Of a stretch of 64,000 nucleotides of DNA, positions 7,409 to 18,185 are shown in pieces. The stretch lies in contig CAVOKF010000005.1 in assembly GCA_963696385.1 (NCBI GenBank), positions 736,001 to 800,000 on the forward strand, read 5' to 3'. A program made the translations under genes and the position numbers. The notes below the pieces were generated by a model. It was not told the DNA's origin, searched no databases, and saw only the letters and a list, made by a program, of their open reading frames with translations. How positions within the stretch are numbered: the first letter of the stretch is position 1; the number at the start of each line of letters is the position of its first letter. This DNA is from an uncultured delta proteobacterium. GTDB lineage: Bacteria > Myxococcota_A > Polyangia > Polyangiales > Polyangiaceae.

Positions 7409-8004
7409 CTCCTGACGTCCTTTGGAACAAGGGCGTCATTCTCGTTCGGCGCTCGCACACGCTCGGATGCGAAATCATGGACATGACGAAGACGAAGCTT
7501 GATCAGCGCATCAGCGTGCCCGCTGATGTCGTTGCCGTGCTTCAGTGGCACCTCGATACGCAGCTCACGACGTCCGAGCAGCAGGCGGCTGAGCTTCTCT
7601 TCCCATCGAAGGCTGGCACGTTCCGTTCGGAGTCGTCCCTCAAAAAGCCGTTCGCCGCGGTGTGCGAGGCGATCGGGCTAACGCAGCACTTCACGCCGCG
7701 CGGCTTACGCAGAACGTTCAACGATCTGGCCCGTCGCGCGAAGGTGAGTTCTCTTGTCACGAAGAGCATCTCCGGTCATGCCACCGATCGGATGGAGGAA
7801 CATTATTCGACGGTGAGCGAGACGGAGCAGCGCAACGGCATTGAAGCGCTGCTGCAACGGGTGAAGCCGATCCTGCCGACGGAGGATGCGGACCGTGACG
7901 GCTTGGCGACCCGCGAGGGCGGTACGCCGCCCAGCCAAGTGGGTGCTCCGCTGGGTGCTCCTGGGGGAGGAGTGGGTGCTCCAGACGGGAGCGACCTTCA
8001 CTAA
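7409..8004 (+). pseudogene. Tyrosine recombinase/integrase, C-terminal fragment only
   Basis: TKT, LLFPS, TPRGLRRTF (HxxR box variant), SGH, HY catalytic motifs; no box-I Arg or N-terminal domains; lies next to a tRNA. Confidence 0.85.
7938..7982 (+). repeat. Three direct TGGGTGCTCC repeats, candidate integrase arm-type sites
   Basis: Copies at 7940-7949, 7952-7961 and 7973-7982, 50-90 bp from the tRNA 3' end. Confidence 0.6.
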
Positions 8005-8030
8005 CTATGCGACTTTGCTTGCTTTTTTTG

Positions 8031-8102
<72 letters not shown>

Positions 8103-8119
8103 AGAAGTTGGAACTCGAA

Positions 8120-8148
8120 CAGCTAGCGTTCGCTCTACGCGCTGTCAA
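8120..8148 (-). promoter_or_regulatory. Possible sigma70 promoter for the tRNA
   Basis: TTGACA (8148-8143), 17-nt spacer, weak -10 TAGCTG. Confidence 0.4.
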
Positions 8149-8549
8149 TCGCAGGGAGCGAGTACTGCCTGACGATTTGTCGGTCGCAGAGTCGTCGCGC
8201 GTCGTATAGGCGAGCCGCCACGCTCTGGGCGGACGCGTATTGTACGACCTTGCGCTTTCGTCTCTTCACCCTTCGTCCAGCCCTAGCTCACGCGGCTCGA
8301 GCCGCGTCCCGGTCGAAGCGTGCTGGCCGTCTGACCTCCGCCCTGACTGCTCGCTCCTTGTTTGAATGAACCGGCGGCGCGATGCGCTTGGCTTGCGGCC
8401 TGGACCTCGACCAACATGCGGCCCCTTCGGGCGCTTCGCATCGCGCCATGAGCCTCCGCACTCTACGCAGCGGTGGCCGGACGGGAGCCTCGCCTCGCAC
8501 GGGTCCTCGGTAATGCGAGGTGCTTTCAGCGATGGTAGCTTCCGGGGCC

Positions 8550-10624
8550 ATGGAGAGCCGTTACGATTCGGCGGCGGCGGCGCGCACCATCCAAGAACTC
8601 GCTACGCAAACGTCTGAGCTGCTCGCGCTGCGCACGTACACCGCGCGGCTGATCGGAAGCGAGCCAGCGCTCGTGCTGCACGGCGGCGGTAATACCTCAG
8701 TGAAAGCGCGCGCCACGACGTTGCTCGGCGAGGTGCTCGATGTGCTGCACGTCAAAGGCTCGGGCCGGGATCTTGCCACGATCGAGCCACGAGGACAGCC
8801 GGCCGTACGTCTGATGCCACTTCGCGCCCTAAGGCGACTGGACGCGTTGACCGACGAGGCCATGGTCAATGAGCTTCGCACGAACCTGCTTGATGCCTCG
8901 TCGCCCGATCCGAGCGTCGAAACTCTCCTTCACGCCCTGCTTCCCGGCCGTTTCATCGACCACACCCACGCCGATGCCATCCTCGCGCTCTGCAACCAGC
9001 CAGACGGCAAAGGGGTCTTCTCGTCGCTCTTCGGTCCCCGGCTCGTCTGGGTACCGTATGTCATGCCGGGCTTTGCACTCGCGAAGCGCTGCGCCGACGC
9101 GTTCGAGCAGATTGCGGGCGCCGAGGGGCCGCCCGCTCTGATGGTGCTAGAGAAGCACGGCCTGTTCACGTGGGGCGAAACCGCGCGCGAAAGCTACGAG
9201 CGCACGATTGACGCTGTTTCCAGCGCCGAAAGGTACGCGCTTGAACGTCGTCGCTATGTGGCGATGCCGGGTAGCGCTCCCCTGGCCGCCTGTGAACAGA
9301 CGGTGTTGCCGGCGCTCCGTGGGGCGCTCGCAAAGCTCGCCAATGAGTCGTCCGAGCGCGGCCCCATCGTGCGGATGCGATCGAGCGACGCGATCCTCAG
9401 CCTGCTGGCACGCCCGGATGCCGCAGAGCTCGTTGCGAAGGGGTGCATGACGCCCGACCACGTTCTTCGGACCAAGCCGACGGCCTTGCTCGTGCCCAGC
9501 CCCGCGTACGGCGATGCCGCGAAGCTCGCATTCCAGCTGGAGGCCGCGATTGCCGACTATGGGCGAAGATACGATTTGTATTTCGACTCGATGTGTCGGT
9601 CAAAGGGGGTTACGAAAACGAAGCTCGATTCGTGGCCGCGCGTCGTTCTTTTGCCGGGGCTCGGCGCGTGCTCGGCCGCCAGCACGGCACGCGAGGCCGA
9701 CATCGCTCTCGACATCTACGAGCACACTTCAGCCGTCATGCAGACCGCGGCTGACGTAGGGAGTTACGCGCCGTGTTCGCGCTCCGACTTGTTCGACGTC
9801 GAATACTGGAGTCTCGAGCAGGCGAAGCTCAAGATCGCCGCGCCGCTGGCGCTGTCCCGGTGTGTCGCGCTGGTCACGGGTGCGGCCAGCGGAATTGGCC
9901 AGGCTACGGTACTCCAGATGCTCGCGGCGGGCGCTCATGTGTCGCTCGTGGACCGCGACACGGAGGCCCTCGCCGCGATTGCTCACGCGCTCGGAGCGAC
10001 ATACTCGGATCGGATCCTTGCGACGGTGGCGGACGTCCGCGACGCCGACGCTGTCGACGCGGCCGTTGCGCGCACGGTCCGCGCGTGGGGGGGCTGGACG
10101 TCATCGTGTCCAATGCCGGCAACGCGCCCGAGGGCCGGCTCGAGACGATTGGGGGGCAAGCGATGCTCCGGGATTCGCTCGAGCTCAATTGCTTGTCGCA
10201 CGCGTCGGTGGTTCGGGCGGCGGTGGATGTGATGCGGGCACAGGGACGCGGCGGCTGCTTGTGTTTCAACATAAGCAAGAGCGTGTTCAATCCCGGTGCG
10301 GGGTTCGGCCCGTATGCTATCGCAAAGACGGCGCTCTTGGGGCTGATGCGCCAGTTCGCCGTCGATCTCGGTCCGTTGGGCATTCGTTCAAACGGCGTGA
10401 ACGCGGACCGCATTCGAACGCGCTTGTTCGATGGCGGTGTGCTCGAATCGCGCGCCGCGGCACGCGGCCTGAGCGTCGAGGCCTACTTTCGGTCGAACTT
10501 GCTCGCCCGCGAGGTCGCGGCTCGTGACGTCGCCGATGCCTTCGTGTTCCTCGCCACCGCGCGCGCCACGACCGGCTGCGTCCTCACCGTCGACGGAGGC
10601 AACCCGGCCGCATTTCCTCGATGA
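8550..10624 (+). CDS. Bifunctional class II aldolase/short-chain dehydrogenase, frameshifted at a G7 run (10087-10093)
   Basis: LVLHGGGNTSVK, PSVETLLH, HTHADA, TPDHVLRTK, EYWSLEQAKL, VTGAASGIG in one frame; GLDVIVSNAG, YAIAK, VDGGN in another; one extra G restores W-G-G-L-D. Confidence 0.9.
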
Positions 10625-10767
10625 CGCCGCGACGCCAGCAGCTGGCGGTCGCAGATCTCCGCGCGGCCGGGACCTGCTGGCTCGGGGTTTGCGTTTCTCG
10701 CGTCCTGCCCGATCGTGACCTACGGGCGTGACCCGGGAGATTCGGCCGGAGGGTACGTCCGTCGGCG

Positions 10768-12252
10768 ATGCGTGGCCCTGGCGATCTCCCGGCGTTGAGG
10801 CCAAGTAGTGGGATGCGAGATGGGGTACCCGATGGCGCGCTCTACATTGCCTCCCGTTGCATCCGAGATGGAGCCACGCTCTCGGTGCGCGAGCCTTGGT
10901 CCGACGCTGAGCTCGGTCGCGTAGTGCTCGCCAACGCTGCACACGCCGAAGAGGCCATTGCGGCGAGTGTGCGTGCGTTCGCCCGGATTCGGGAGCGAAC
11001 GCCATTCGAGCGAAAGCTCATCCTCGAGCGCGTTGCGCAAGAGATCGAGGCGCGGAGCGAAGTTTTCGCGGAGCTCATTGCGCGTGAGGCGGGCAAGCCC
11101 ATCACCCTTGCGCGAACGGAAGCCTCCCGCGCGGTGACGACGTTCCAACTTGCCGCCGAGGAGGCGACTCGGATGGCGGGTGAAGTGATTCCGCTCGACA
11201 TTACCCCGAGCTCGCGCGGTGCCACGGGGATCTGCGTTCGCGTCCCCGCGGGACCCGTCGTCGGGATCGCGCCGTTCAACTTTCCTCTGAATCTCGTCGC
11301 TCACAAGATTGCTCCGGCGATCGCGTGCGGTGCGTCCATCGTTCTAAAGCCTCCGCCCCAGGCGCCACTCAGCTCGCTGCTCCTCGCGGAATGCGTGCGT
11401 CGATCGGGTGCACCGGAAGACGCCGTCCAAATCGTGCCTTGTGAGGTGAGCGTTGCCGAGGCGCTCGTGCGCGACGATCGCTTCGCGACTCTTTCATTCA
11501 CCGGCAGTGCCGCGGTCGGTTGGCACCTCAAGTCGATTGCACGCAAGAAGCGCGTTGTCCTCGAGCTTGGGGGAAATGCGGCAACGATCGTGCACGAGGA
11601 CGGGCAGCTCGACCGTGCGCTCGACCGCGTCGTCGCGGGTGCGTTCGGATACGCCGGTCAGGTCTGCATCAAGGTGCAGCGGCTGTACCTCCACCGGCCG
11701 ATTGCGGATCGTTTCGTGGCTCGGATAATCGACCGGACGCGGTTGATCGAGCCCAAGTCGCCGTTGGACCCGACGGGGGTCTGCGGATCCATGATCGACG
11801 AAGGAAATGCACGCCGTGTCGAGAAATGGGTGAACGAGGCGGCGCGGGCCGGAGTCCGCGTTGCCTGTGGAGCCAAGCGCGAAGGCAACCGCTACTGGCC
11901 GACCGTGCTCGACGTCGAGGGCGACGGGCATGGCCTGGACGTGGTGGACGAGGAAGTATTTGGCCCCGTGCTGACCGTCCATCGGTACGACACGTGGTAC
12001 GAGGCCTTGACCCTGGCGGACTCGACCCGCTACGGCTTGCAGGCCGGTGTGTTCACCGATTCACGCACTCGCGTCGCCGAGGCGTTTGCACGGCTGCACG
12101 TGGGCGGCCTCATCGTGAACGATGTTCCGACCTTCCGCGTGGATTCGATGCCGTATGGTGGAACGCGCGACTCGGGTTTGGGTCGCGAGGGCGTGCGCTT
12201 CGCCATGCAGGAAATGACCGAGCGCAAGCTGCTCGTGGTTCACGACGGGTGA
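10768..12252 (+). CDS. Aldehyde dehydrogenase (start may be 10813)
   Basis: PFNFPLNL, SFTGS, LELGGN, GQVC, EEVFGP, MPYGG. Confidence 0.95.
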   Translation: MRGPGDLPALRPSSGMRDGVPDGALYIASRCIRDGATLSVREPWSDAELGRVVLANAAHAEEAIAASVRAFARIRERTPFERKLILERVAQEIEARSEVFAELIAREAGKPITLARTEASRAVTTFQLAAEEATRMAGEVIPLDITPSSRGATGICVRVPAGPVVGIAPFNFPLNLVAHKIAPAIACGASIVLKPPPQAPLSSLLLAECVRRSGAPEDAVQIVPCEVSVAEALVRDDRFATLSFTGSAAVGWHLKSIARKKRVVLELGGNAATIVHEDGQLDRALDRVVAGAFGYAGQVCIKVQRLYLHRPIADRFVARIIDRTRLIEPKSPLDPTGVCGSMIDEGNARRVEKWVNEAARAGVRVACGAKREGNRYWPTVLDVEGDGHGLDVVDEEVFGPVLTVHRYDTWYEALTLADSTRYGLQAGVFTDSRTRVAEAFARLHVGGLIVNDVPTFRVDSMPYGGTRDSGLGREGVRFAMQEMTERKLLVVHDG

Positions 12253-12363
12253 GGGCGTCCAAAGCCCGCTAAACTGGTCGAGTTGCGCCCGATCCGGCGT
12301 GCTGCCGAAATGGATTGGCTTCGAACGCGACCGGTTGACGATCCTCGTCATTCGCCCTAGGCC

Positions 12364-13287
12364 GTGCCCATGCTCCCCGATGACGAGTCGGTTCCACGCG
12401 TGCAAGTACCCCGAACGTTGCGAGCGCGATCGGTGGGACCCGAAGATCCCTTGCCGAACGTCAAGAACGTGGTGCTCGTAATGAGCGGCAAGGGTGGCGT
12501 CGGGAAGAGTTCCGTCGCGACGAACCTGGCGATGGCACTCTCCCGCGGCGGGTATCGCGTCGGCATCCTCGACGCCGACATCTATGGCCCGTCGATTCCA
12601 ACGATGCTGGGGGTGTCGGGCCGCCCAGTCTCGCTCGACGGCAAAACCATCGAGCCTCTCGATCGCTTCGGCATCAAGATCATGTCGATAGGCTTCTTGC
12701 TCGAGGATCCGAAAGCGGCGGTCATTTGGCGTGGACCCATGCTGCACGGAGCGCTTCAGCAGTTCATGAAAGACGTCAGTTGGGGCGAGCTCGACTTCCT
12801 GGTCATGGATCTTCCTCCCGGAACCGGCGACGTGGCGCTCACGCTATCGCAGCGGGTGAAGGTGACGGGGGCGGTGATGGTGACGACTCCGCAGGCCGTT
12901 GCGACCGACGATGTCTACAAGTCCGTCTCGATGTGCAAGAAGGTCAACATTGGTATTCTCGGCGTAGTGGAAAATATGAGCTTTTTCGTCGACAGCGTGG
13001 GCATTCGCCACGAGCTCTTCGGCAGCGGGGGTGGTCAAGCCGTCGCCGACTTCGCAGAGGCACCCCTCCTCGGGCAGGTGCCGCTCGAGTCGACGGTGCG
13101 CGAATGGGGTGACAAGGGAACCCCGGTCGTGCAGGCATTGCCGGCTACCGATGCGTCGAGGGCCTTCGTGGCGATTGCCGAGCGTGTCGTCGACGCGTGC
13201 GAGCGGACGCACGGCGAGGGCGACGACGACCTCGTCATCGATCGAAGCGGCGGAACGGCCAAGAAACGCTTGCCCATAGCTCGTTGA
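12364..13287 (+). CDS. mrp: Mrp/NBP35 (ApbC) P-loop ATPase
   Basis: SGKGGVGKS, DADIYGPS, WRGPM, DLPPGTGD, VTTPQ, VENMS. Confidence 0.93.
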   Translation: MPMLPDDESVPRVQVPRTLRARSVGPEDPLPNVKNVVLVMSGKGGVGKSSVATNLAMALSRGGYRVGILDADIYGPSIPTMLGVSGRPVSLDGKTIEPLDRFGIKIMSIGFLLEDPKAAVIWRGPMLHGALQQFMKDVSWGELDFLVMDLPPGTGDVALTLSQRVKVTGAVMVTTPQAVATDDVYKSVSMCKKVNIGILGVVENMSFFVDSVGIRHELFGSGGGQAVADFAEAPLLGQVPLESTVREWGDKGTPVVQALPATDASRAFVAIAERVVDACERTHGEGDDDLVIDRSGGTAKKRLPIAR

Positions 13288-13299
13288 CGCACGCGCCGG

Positions 13300-14169
13300 C
13301 TAGCGACGTTTGATGGCTGCGAGTTGTCGGGCAGGCTGGGTAGGCCCATGGCGTGCGAAGCTGCGTACCGCGTCGATGTCGCGTTCCTCCTTGAGCAACA
13401 CCCCGAGAAACGGCAGCTCGTCGACGAAGCGATCCCGGCCAACGCCGGCATGCATCAATACGGTAATCCAATCCACCAGTTCGCTCGTGGACGGGGGTTT
13501 GCGGATGCTCGGGACCGTGCGGATCTCGTAGAAGGCTTGGACGGCTTGGTCGACGAGCGCGTCATCGACGTGCGGATGGTGCACGCGAACGATGCGCTTC
13601 ATTCGGTCAGCGTCCGGAAAATCGATGAAGTGAAAGACGCAACGGCGCAGGAAGGCGTGCGGTAGCTCCTTTATGTTATTTGAAGTGATAATCACGATCG
13701 GTCGGTCGGTCGCATTTACCTCGTCTCCGGTCTCGGGAATGACGAATCGCATTCGGTCGAGCTCGTGGAGCAAGTCGTTCGGAAATTCCAGATCCGCATT
13801 GTCAACTTCGTCGATCAGCAGCACGACACGATGGGCGGAAGCGAATGCGCGGCCCAGCGGGCCGAGCTTGATATACCGGCGAATCTCTTTCACGTCGATG
13901 TCGCCAAAACGTGCCTCGTAAAGTCGCTGCACGGTATCGTAGAGGTAAAGCCCGTCCTGGGCTCGTGTCGTGGACTTGATGGGCCAATGAAGCCAATCCA
14001 GCGACAAACTCTCGGCGATGGCGTGCGCGAGTTGCGTTTTACCGGTGCCGGGCTCGCCTCGGACGAGCAGGGGCCGTTCCAGCGCGAGCGCGCAATTGAC
14101 GGCCGTCTCGAGAGACTCGTTCGTCAGGTAGGTCGGAGTACCGGCGAAGCGGCGAAATGCACGAGGCAC
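13300..14169 (-). CDS. MoxR-family AAA+ ATPase
   Basis: GEPGTGKT, LLIDEVD, FPNDLLHELD, AFLRRCVFH, KPPSTSEL. Confidence 0.92.
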   Translation of the reverse strand: MPRAFRRFAGTPTYLTNESLETAVNCALALERPLLVRGEPGTGKTQLAHAIAESLSLDWLHWPIKSTTRAQDGLYLYDTVQRLYEARFGDIDVKEIRRYIKLGPLGRAFASAHRVVLLIDEVDNADLEFPNDLLHELDRMRFVIPETGDEVNATDRPIVIITSNNIKELPHAFLRRCVFHFIDFPDADRMKRIVRVHHPHVDDALVDQAVQAFYEIRTVPSIRKPPSTSELVDWITVLMHAGVGRDRFVDELPFLGVLLKEERDIDAVRSFARHGPTQPARQLAAIKRR

Positions 14170-14216
14170 TTTGAATTTACAAATAGCACGATTTCGACAT
14201 GATGCCTACGGTATCG

Positions 14217-15812
14217 TCAATTGCTGCCTTCACCGCAACGCGATCCTCCGAGCGTGTGCGCTACGACATCGTAGTCCCCCACGGGCGTGGACCGCGGAAT
14301 GAAGAGGGCTCCCCCAAAGGAGCCGGCATCGTCGGTCGCTAACGTTCCGACGGGCCACTGTTTTCCCGTACGAGGGTCCCGGAAAGACACGTCGACCGGA
14401 AGGTTGACGCATGTTTGGTCCTCGGTACGCACCGTTCCTCTGACGCGCAGGGGTAAACCCCGGTGTGCGTCGGTGTCCGTGACTTCGAGCGTGATGGTCG
14501 AACGCGGCCAAGCTCCGCCCGTTGAATTCACCGTGCGGGCGCCCGCAGACATCGATTCGGACGAGCCGTCGCCCGGCGTTGCGGCGGGTCGGCTGGAATT
14601 CGGCGGTTCCGTCGAACGCAAGCGGGCCGCGGCAACCACCTCGTCGCCGCGCTCGCTGCCCGCGGGCCACCCAAACGGATCCGCCGGCGGCGCGTACGCC
14701 GCGCGACCCTCGGCGGCACCCAGGTCGCTGATGTTTCCGGCGCCGCCGAGGTCGATGCGTCGCCACATGCTTCCGTCATGAACCTCGACCCACGCGTGTA
14801 TCTCGTTGAGCACCATTCGGGTCGGAATGCCGAGGCTCTGCGCCGTCACGAGGAACGCAAACGCTCGGTGTCGACAGACGCCCGAACGGGAAAGCGCGAG
14901 GTCGAGATAAATGCTGCCCCGCGAATGCGGAGGCTCCTTCGAATCGGAGAAGCCACGAAAGTACTGCACGAGCTTCGAAATGGCATCACGCGGCCTCATT
15001 CGCCGGCTTACCCCGATTGCGTGCTGCACCACCGCCGCCTCGCGGGCGACGGGGTCAGGCAGCGGAGGGACGAGGGGTAAATCGGACCACTCGGCGTCGC
15101 CCATCGGACCGCCGAAAGCGGCGCGAGCGATCGCCAGCACCATGACGAGTCGCGCGCGCGTCGTGGTCACGGTACCCATGGGCTCTACGAACCAGTTGTC
15201 GGCGCCGTCGTGCAAGAGGCGAAACGGCAGTTCCTGGGCACCGACGGCGAGTCGCGTGAAAACCGGGTGCGCGTTCGGGCCGATGCTCGGAATGCGCACC
15301 CGCCCAGCGTGCGGTATCTCGATGACGAGGTCGCTGTAGAATATGTCGTCGGCCCAGTCCGGGGGCAGGCCGGTGGCGAGGGGCACCCGTCGCGGATCGC
15401 GGACTTCGAGCGTGTAGTCGTCGCGGACCGCGTCCAACGCCGTGAGCCGCTTGAACGGCGCGTTGGACGGGGAGAAAGGGTCGTCGTAAGCCGCCCCGTC
15501 CGGTCGGCGGGTGTCGCGGTCCGGGATCCAGCGGCCCTCGGCCTCGCCGGAATAGGCGTGGTCGAACGACGACGGAAGCCGCCGCGGATCGGGCGCACCG
15601 ACGTTGCCGGCCGGCGTCGCAATCGCTGCCGGCAGATTGCCGTCGAGCACCACGTGCATCGCGAGATCCTCGGCCGGATCGGCCGGAATCGGCTCGTGCA
15701 AAACGGCGCCCTCGGTTCGGCCCGAGGCCCGCGTGGCCAGCGTCGGGGCCACTGCGACCGCCAGGAGCAGTAGCCTGCGCAGCCAACGTTCCTGCCTCGC
15801 CGCGCGGAGCAT
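14217..15812 (-). CDS. Exported transglutaminase-like domain protein
   Basis: Signal peptide; Cys-His-Asp triad GVCRHRA...HAWVEV...WRRID; start couples to the upstream stop (the ORF-track N-extension overlaps another gene). Confidence 0.85.
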   Translation of the reverse strand: MLRAARQERWLRRLLLLAVAVAPTLATRASGRTEGAVLHEPIPADPAEDLAMHVVLDGNLPAAIATPAGNVGAPDPRRLPSSFDHAYSGEAEGRWIPDRDTRRPDGAAYDDPFSPSNAPFKRLTALDAVRDDYTLEVRDPRRVPLATGLPPDWADDIFYSDLVIEIPHAGRVRIPSIGPNAHPVFTRLAVGAQELPFRLLHDGADNWFVEPMGTVTTTRARLVMVLAIARAAFGGPMGDAEWSDLPLVPPLPDPVAREAAVVQHAIGVSRRMRPRDAISKLVQYFRGFSDSKEPPHSRGSIYLDLALSRSGVCRHRAFAFLVTAQSLGIPTRMVLNEIHAWVEVHDGSMWRRIDLGGAGNISDLGAAEGRAAYAPPADPFGWPAGSERGDEVVAAARLRSTEPPNSSRPAATPGDGSSESMSAGARTVNSTGGAWPRSTITLEVTDTDAHRGLPLRVRGTVRTEDQTCVNLPVDVSFRDPRTGKQWPVGTLATDDAGSFGGALFIPRSTPVGDYDVVAHTLGGSRCGEGSN

Positions 15813-16138
15813 CACCGTCGCGTCCAGGTACCCGGCTCGTAGAAATAAGTTCCCTCTCGGATGGGGTAGCGTGGCGCCCGCCAATTCGCGCCGGGCGGGG
15901 CGTCCTCCCAATGTCCGGGAATCCATACGTACTGCATCCCGGTCCAATGCCAGTAACCGGCGATCCAGACTGCGTGGGTGTTCGGGGGCGGCGCACGCTG
16001 CTCTTGCACGGGCTGCGGCGGCGGTCCGCTGACGGCAATCCCACTCCAAGGCGCAGGGGTCGCCGCTTCGACGACACATCCGGTCAGCCCCATGGCCACG
16101 ATCGCAAAGCAAAGGCGCGCGCCGAGCCCTCGATGCAT
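15812..16138 (-). CDS. WXXGXW (YXWGXW) repeat lipoprotein
   Basis: Lipobox LTGC; WIAGYW, WIPGHW, YEPGTW repeats. Confidence 0.85.
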   Translation of the reverse strand: MHRGLGARLCFAIVAMGLTGCVVEAATPAPWSGIAVSGPPPQPVQEQRAPPPNTHAVWIAGYWHWTGMQYVWIPGHWEDAPPGANWRAPRYPIREGTYFYEPGTWTRR

Positions 16139-16268
16139 TCGCCTATCGAACCTCCACCCTGGGCGATCCGGAAGCGCCGAACACGCCGAACGCTTCGCCT
16201 CCGCGCAACCCAAGCTTACCATCCGCAGAGGCATCCGCGCTCTAGACCCCCTTTCCGCGAGAGACACC

Positions 16269-17453
16269 ATGACTGAATCCGAGCTCCGAAGCGAATTGGC
16301 GAACCTCTCCGCGCCTTTGCGCGCGCGCCTCGACCGGTCTGGGTTCGATGGGGAGCGCCTCGTCGCTCTCGCGGCGCCCCTATTTGCCCGCGCCAGGGGC
16401 GAAACGACGTTCGATCGGGAAGCGCGCAATCGCGTGTGCGGCCCCGTCGAACTGCCGCGTCCCGAAGACATCGGCGAGTTGCCCCTCCCGGGCACGGAAG
16501 CTCACGAGCGACTTGCGTCGATCGGTCGCCAGGCGCTAGCCCGCGGAGAAGTCGCCCTGTGTGTCTTGGCGGGCGGCATGGCCACCCGCATGGGCGGCGT
16601 CGTAAAGGCCCTCGTGGAAGCCTTCGACGGGCGGACTTTCCTCGATCTAAGGCTGGCTGAGAACGCTACGCTCTCGCGGAGCGCTGGAACCCCGATGCCG
16701 CTCTGGCTGATGACGAGCGAGGCAACCGACGCGCCCATTCGCGACGCGTTGGCGAGTCGGGGTGCTCCGGCGCACGTTGCGTCCTTTACCCAAGACCTGG
16801 GACTGCGACTGACCCGCGAGGGGCGACTCTTCCGCGGAGAGGACGGTCAGCCAAGCACGTACGCTCCCGGCCATGGGGATTTGCCGGACGCTTTGCGCCG
16901 GTCCGGCTTGCTTTCGAACTTCGTGGATCGCGGCGGCAAGCACGTGTGGATCGCGAATTTGGATAACCTTGGGGCGACGGTCGACGAGGCGCTGCTCGGG
17001 CAGTTTCTCCAGCGGTCGGAACACCTTCTGGTCGAAGTGGCGCCGAAGGTGGCCGGCGACCGCGGCGGAATCCCAGCGTGGGCGAACGCCGAAGACGACG
17101 ACGGCCGTCTCGTGCGCCGTCTTCAGGTGCTCGAGGAGTTTCGACTGCCTTCGGGGTTCGATCCCAGCGCCGTGCGCGTCTTCAATACGAATACGTTTCT
17201 GGTCGATGCTGATGCGCTTCTGCACACGCGGATCCGCTACCGATGGTTCGAAGTGGAAAAGAAAGTCGGAGATCGGGTAGCGGTTCAGTTCGAACGACTG
17301 CTGCAGGAGCTCACGGCAGCCCTCGACGCGGCGTACTTCCGTATTTCTCGCGAGGGTCCCACGTCGCGTTTTCTTCCGGTCAAGGATTTCGACGAGCTCC
17401 AGCAGCGCCGCGATGCGATCCGGTCGGTGGCGCGGGCGCGGGGGATGAGCTGA
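16269..17453 (+). CDS. UDPGP-family UDP-sugar pyrophosphorylase
   Basis: LAGGMATRMG, PGHGD, NLDNLGA, FNTN, QFE, RFLPVK. Confidence 0.9.
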   Translation: MTESELRSELANLSAPLRARLDRSGFDGERLVALAAPLFARARGETTFDREARNRVCGPVELPRPEDIGELPLPGTEAHERLASIGRQALARGEVALCVLAGGMATRMGGVVKALVEAFDGRTFLDLRLAENATLSRSAGTPMPLWLMTSEATDAPIRDALASRGAPAHVASFTQDLGLRLTREGRLFRGEDGQPSTYAPGHGDLPDALRRSGLLSNFVDRGGKHVWIANLDNLGATVDEALLGQFLQRSEHLLVEVAPKVAGDRGGIPAWANAEDDDGRLVRRLQVLEEFRLPSGFDPSAVRVFNTNTFLVDADALLHTRIRYRWFEVEKKVGDRVAVQFERLLQELTAALDAAYFRISREGPTSRFLPVKDFDELQQRRDAIRSVARARGMS

Positions 17454-17499
17454 CGGGACGAACCGTTGCATCCGCACCGGTATCCGAAGGAACCTGCAC

Positions 17500-17997
17500 A
17501 TGACGCAGTCGATTTCCAATGCCGCCTTCCGTGACGCCCTGGCGCAATTTGCCAGCGGCGTGACGGTCGTGGCGGCAAACAGTCCGTCCGGCCCCGTGGG
17601 CTTCACCGCAACCGGCTTCGCGTCGCTCTCGCTGTCGCCCCCCCTCGTTCTCGTTTGCGTGGGCAAGGATGCCAGTGCATATCGCGAGATCGTCACCGCG
17701 ATTCACTTCGCCGTGAGCATCCTCGACGAAGGGCAAGCGTGGATCGCTCGACAATTCGCGCGTTCCGGGGCCAACCGATTCGAGGGTATCCCCCTCGAGG
17801 GGGCGGGAGTGGCGCGGGCGCCGCTCATCGCGGGAGCGATCGCGCAAATTCAGTGCCGCGGCCACGATCGGTACGATGGCGGGGATCACACGATCGTGAT
17901 CGGCGAGGTCGTGGAGGTGTCGGTCGGCAAAGGCCGCCCCCTGGTGGATTTTGCGCGGCAATTCGGGGCGTTCGTCGCCGAGCCGAGTCCCGGCTAG
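17500..17997 (+). CDS. Flavin reductase family protein
   Basis: FRDALAQFASGVTVV, SLSLSPPLVLVC, GGDHTIVIGEV. Confidence 0.94.
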   Translation: MTQSISNAAFRDALAQFASGVTVVAANSPSGPVGFTATGFASLSLSPPLVLVCVGKDASAYREIVTAIHFAVSILDEGQAWIARQFARSGANRFEGIPLEGAGVARAPLIAGAIAQIQCRGHDRYDGGDHTIVIGEVVEVSVGKGRPLVDFARQFGAFVAEPSPG

Positions 17998-18185
17998 GAA
18001 TCGCGTCGCCGGCCGGTGCCCGAACCCCCTTTTTCGGGGGCTGGTCGCTCGAAGCCGGGCGTAGCGGTGGCGGCGTCGATGGTCCGATGCGTCATGGCAG
18101 CCGCGGTCGGTCTATCGAAAGCGTCACGGCGGGCGCGAAGTGATGACATGCCGCGACGCCTGTACTAGCGTCGCGCGCCGAATCA

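Noticed and set aside
15813..16112. N-terminal extension of the transglutaminase ORF
   Set aside because: Alternative frame over the WXXGXW lipoprotein; the signal peptide starts at 15812.
18025..18040. Terminator after the flavin reductase
   Set aside because: Only a 5-bp C/G stem with the T run in the loop rather than after it.
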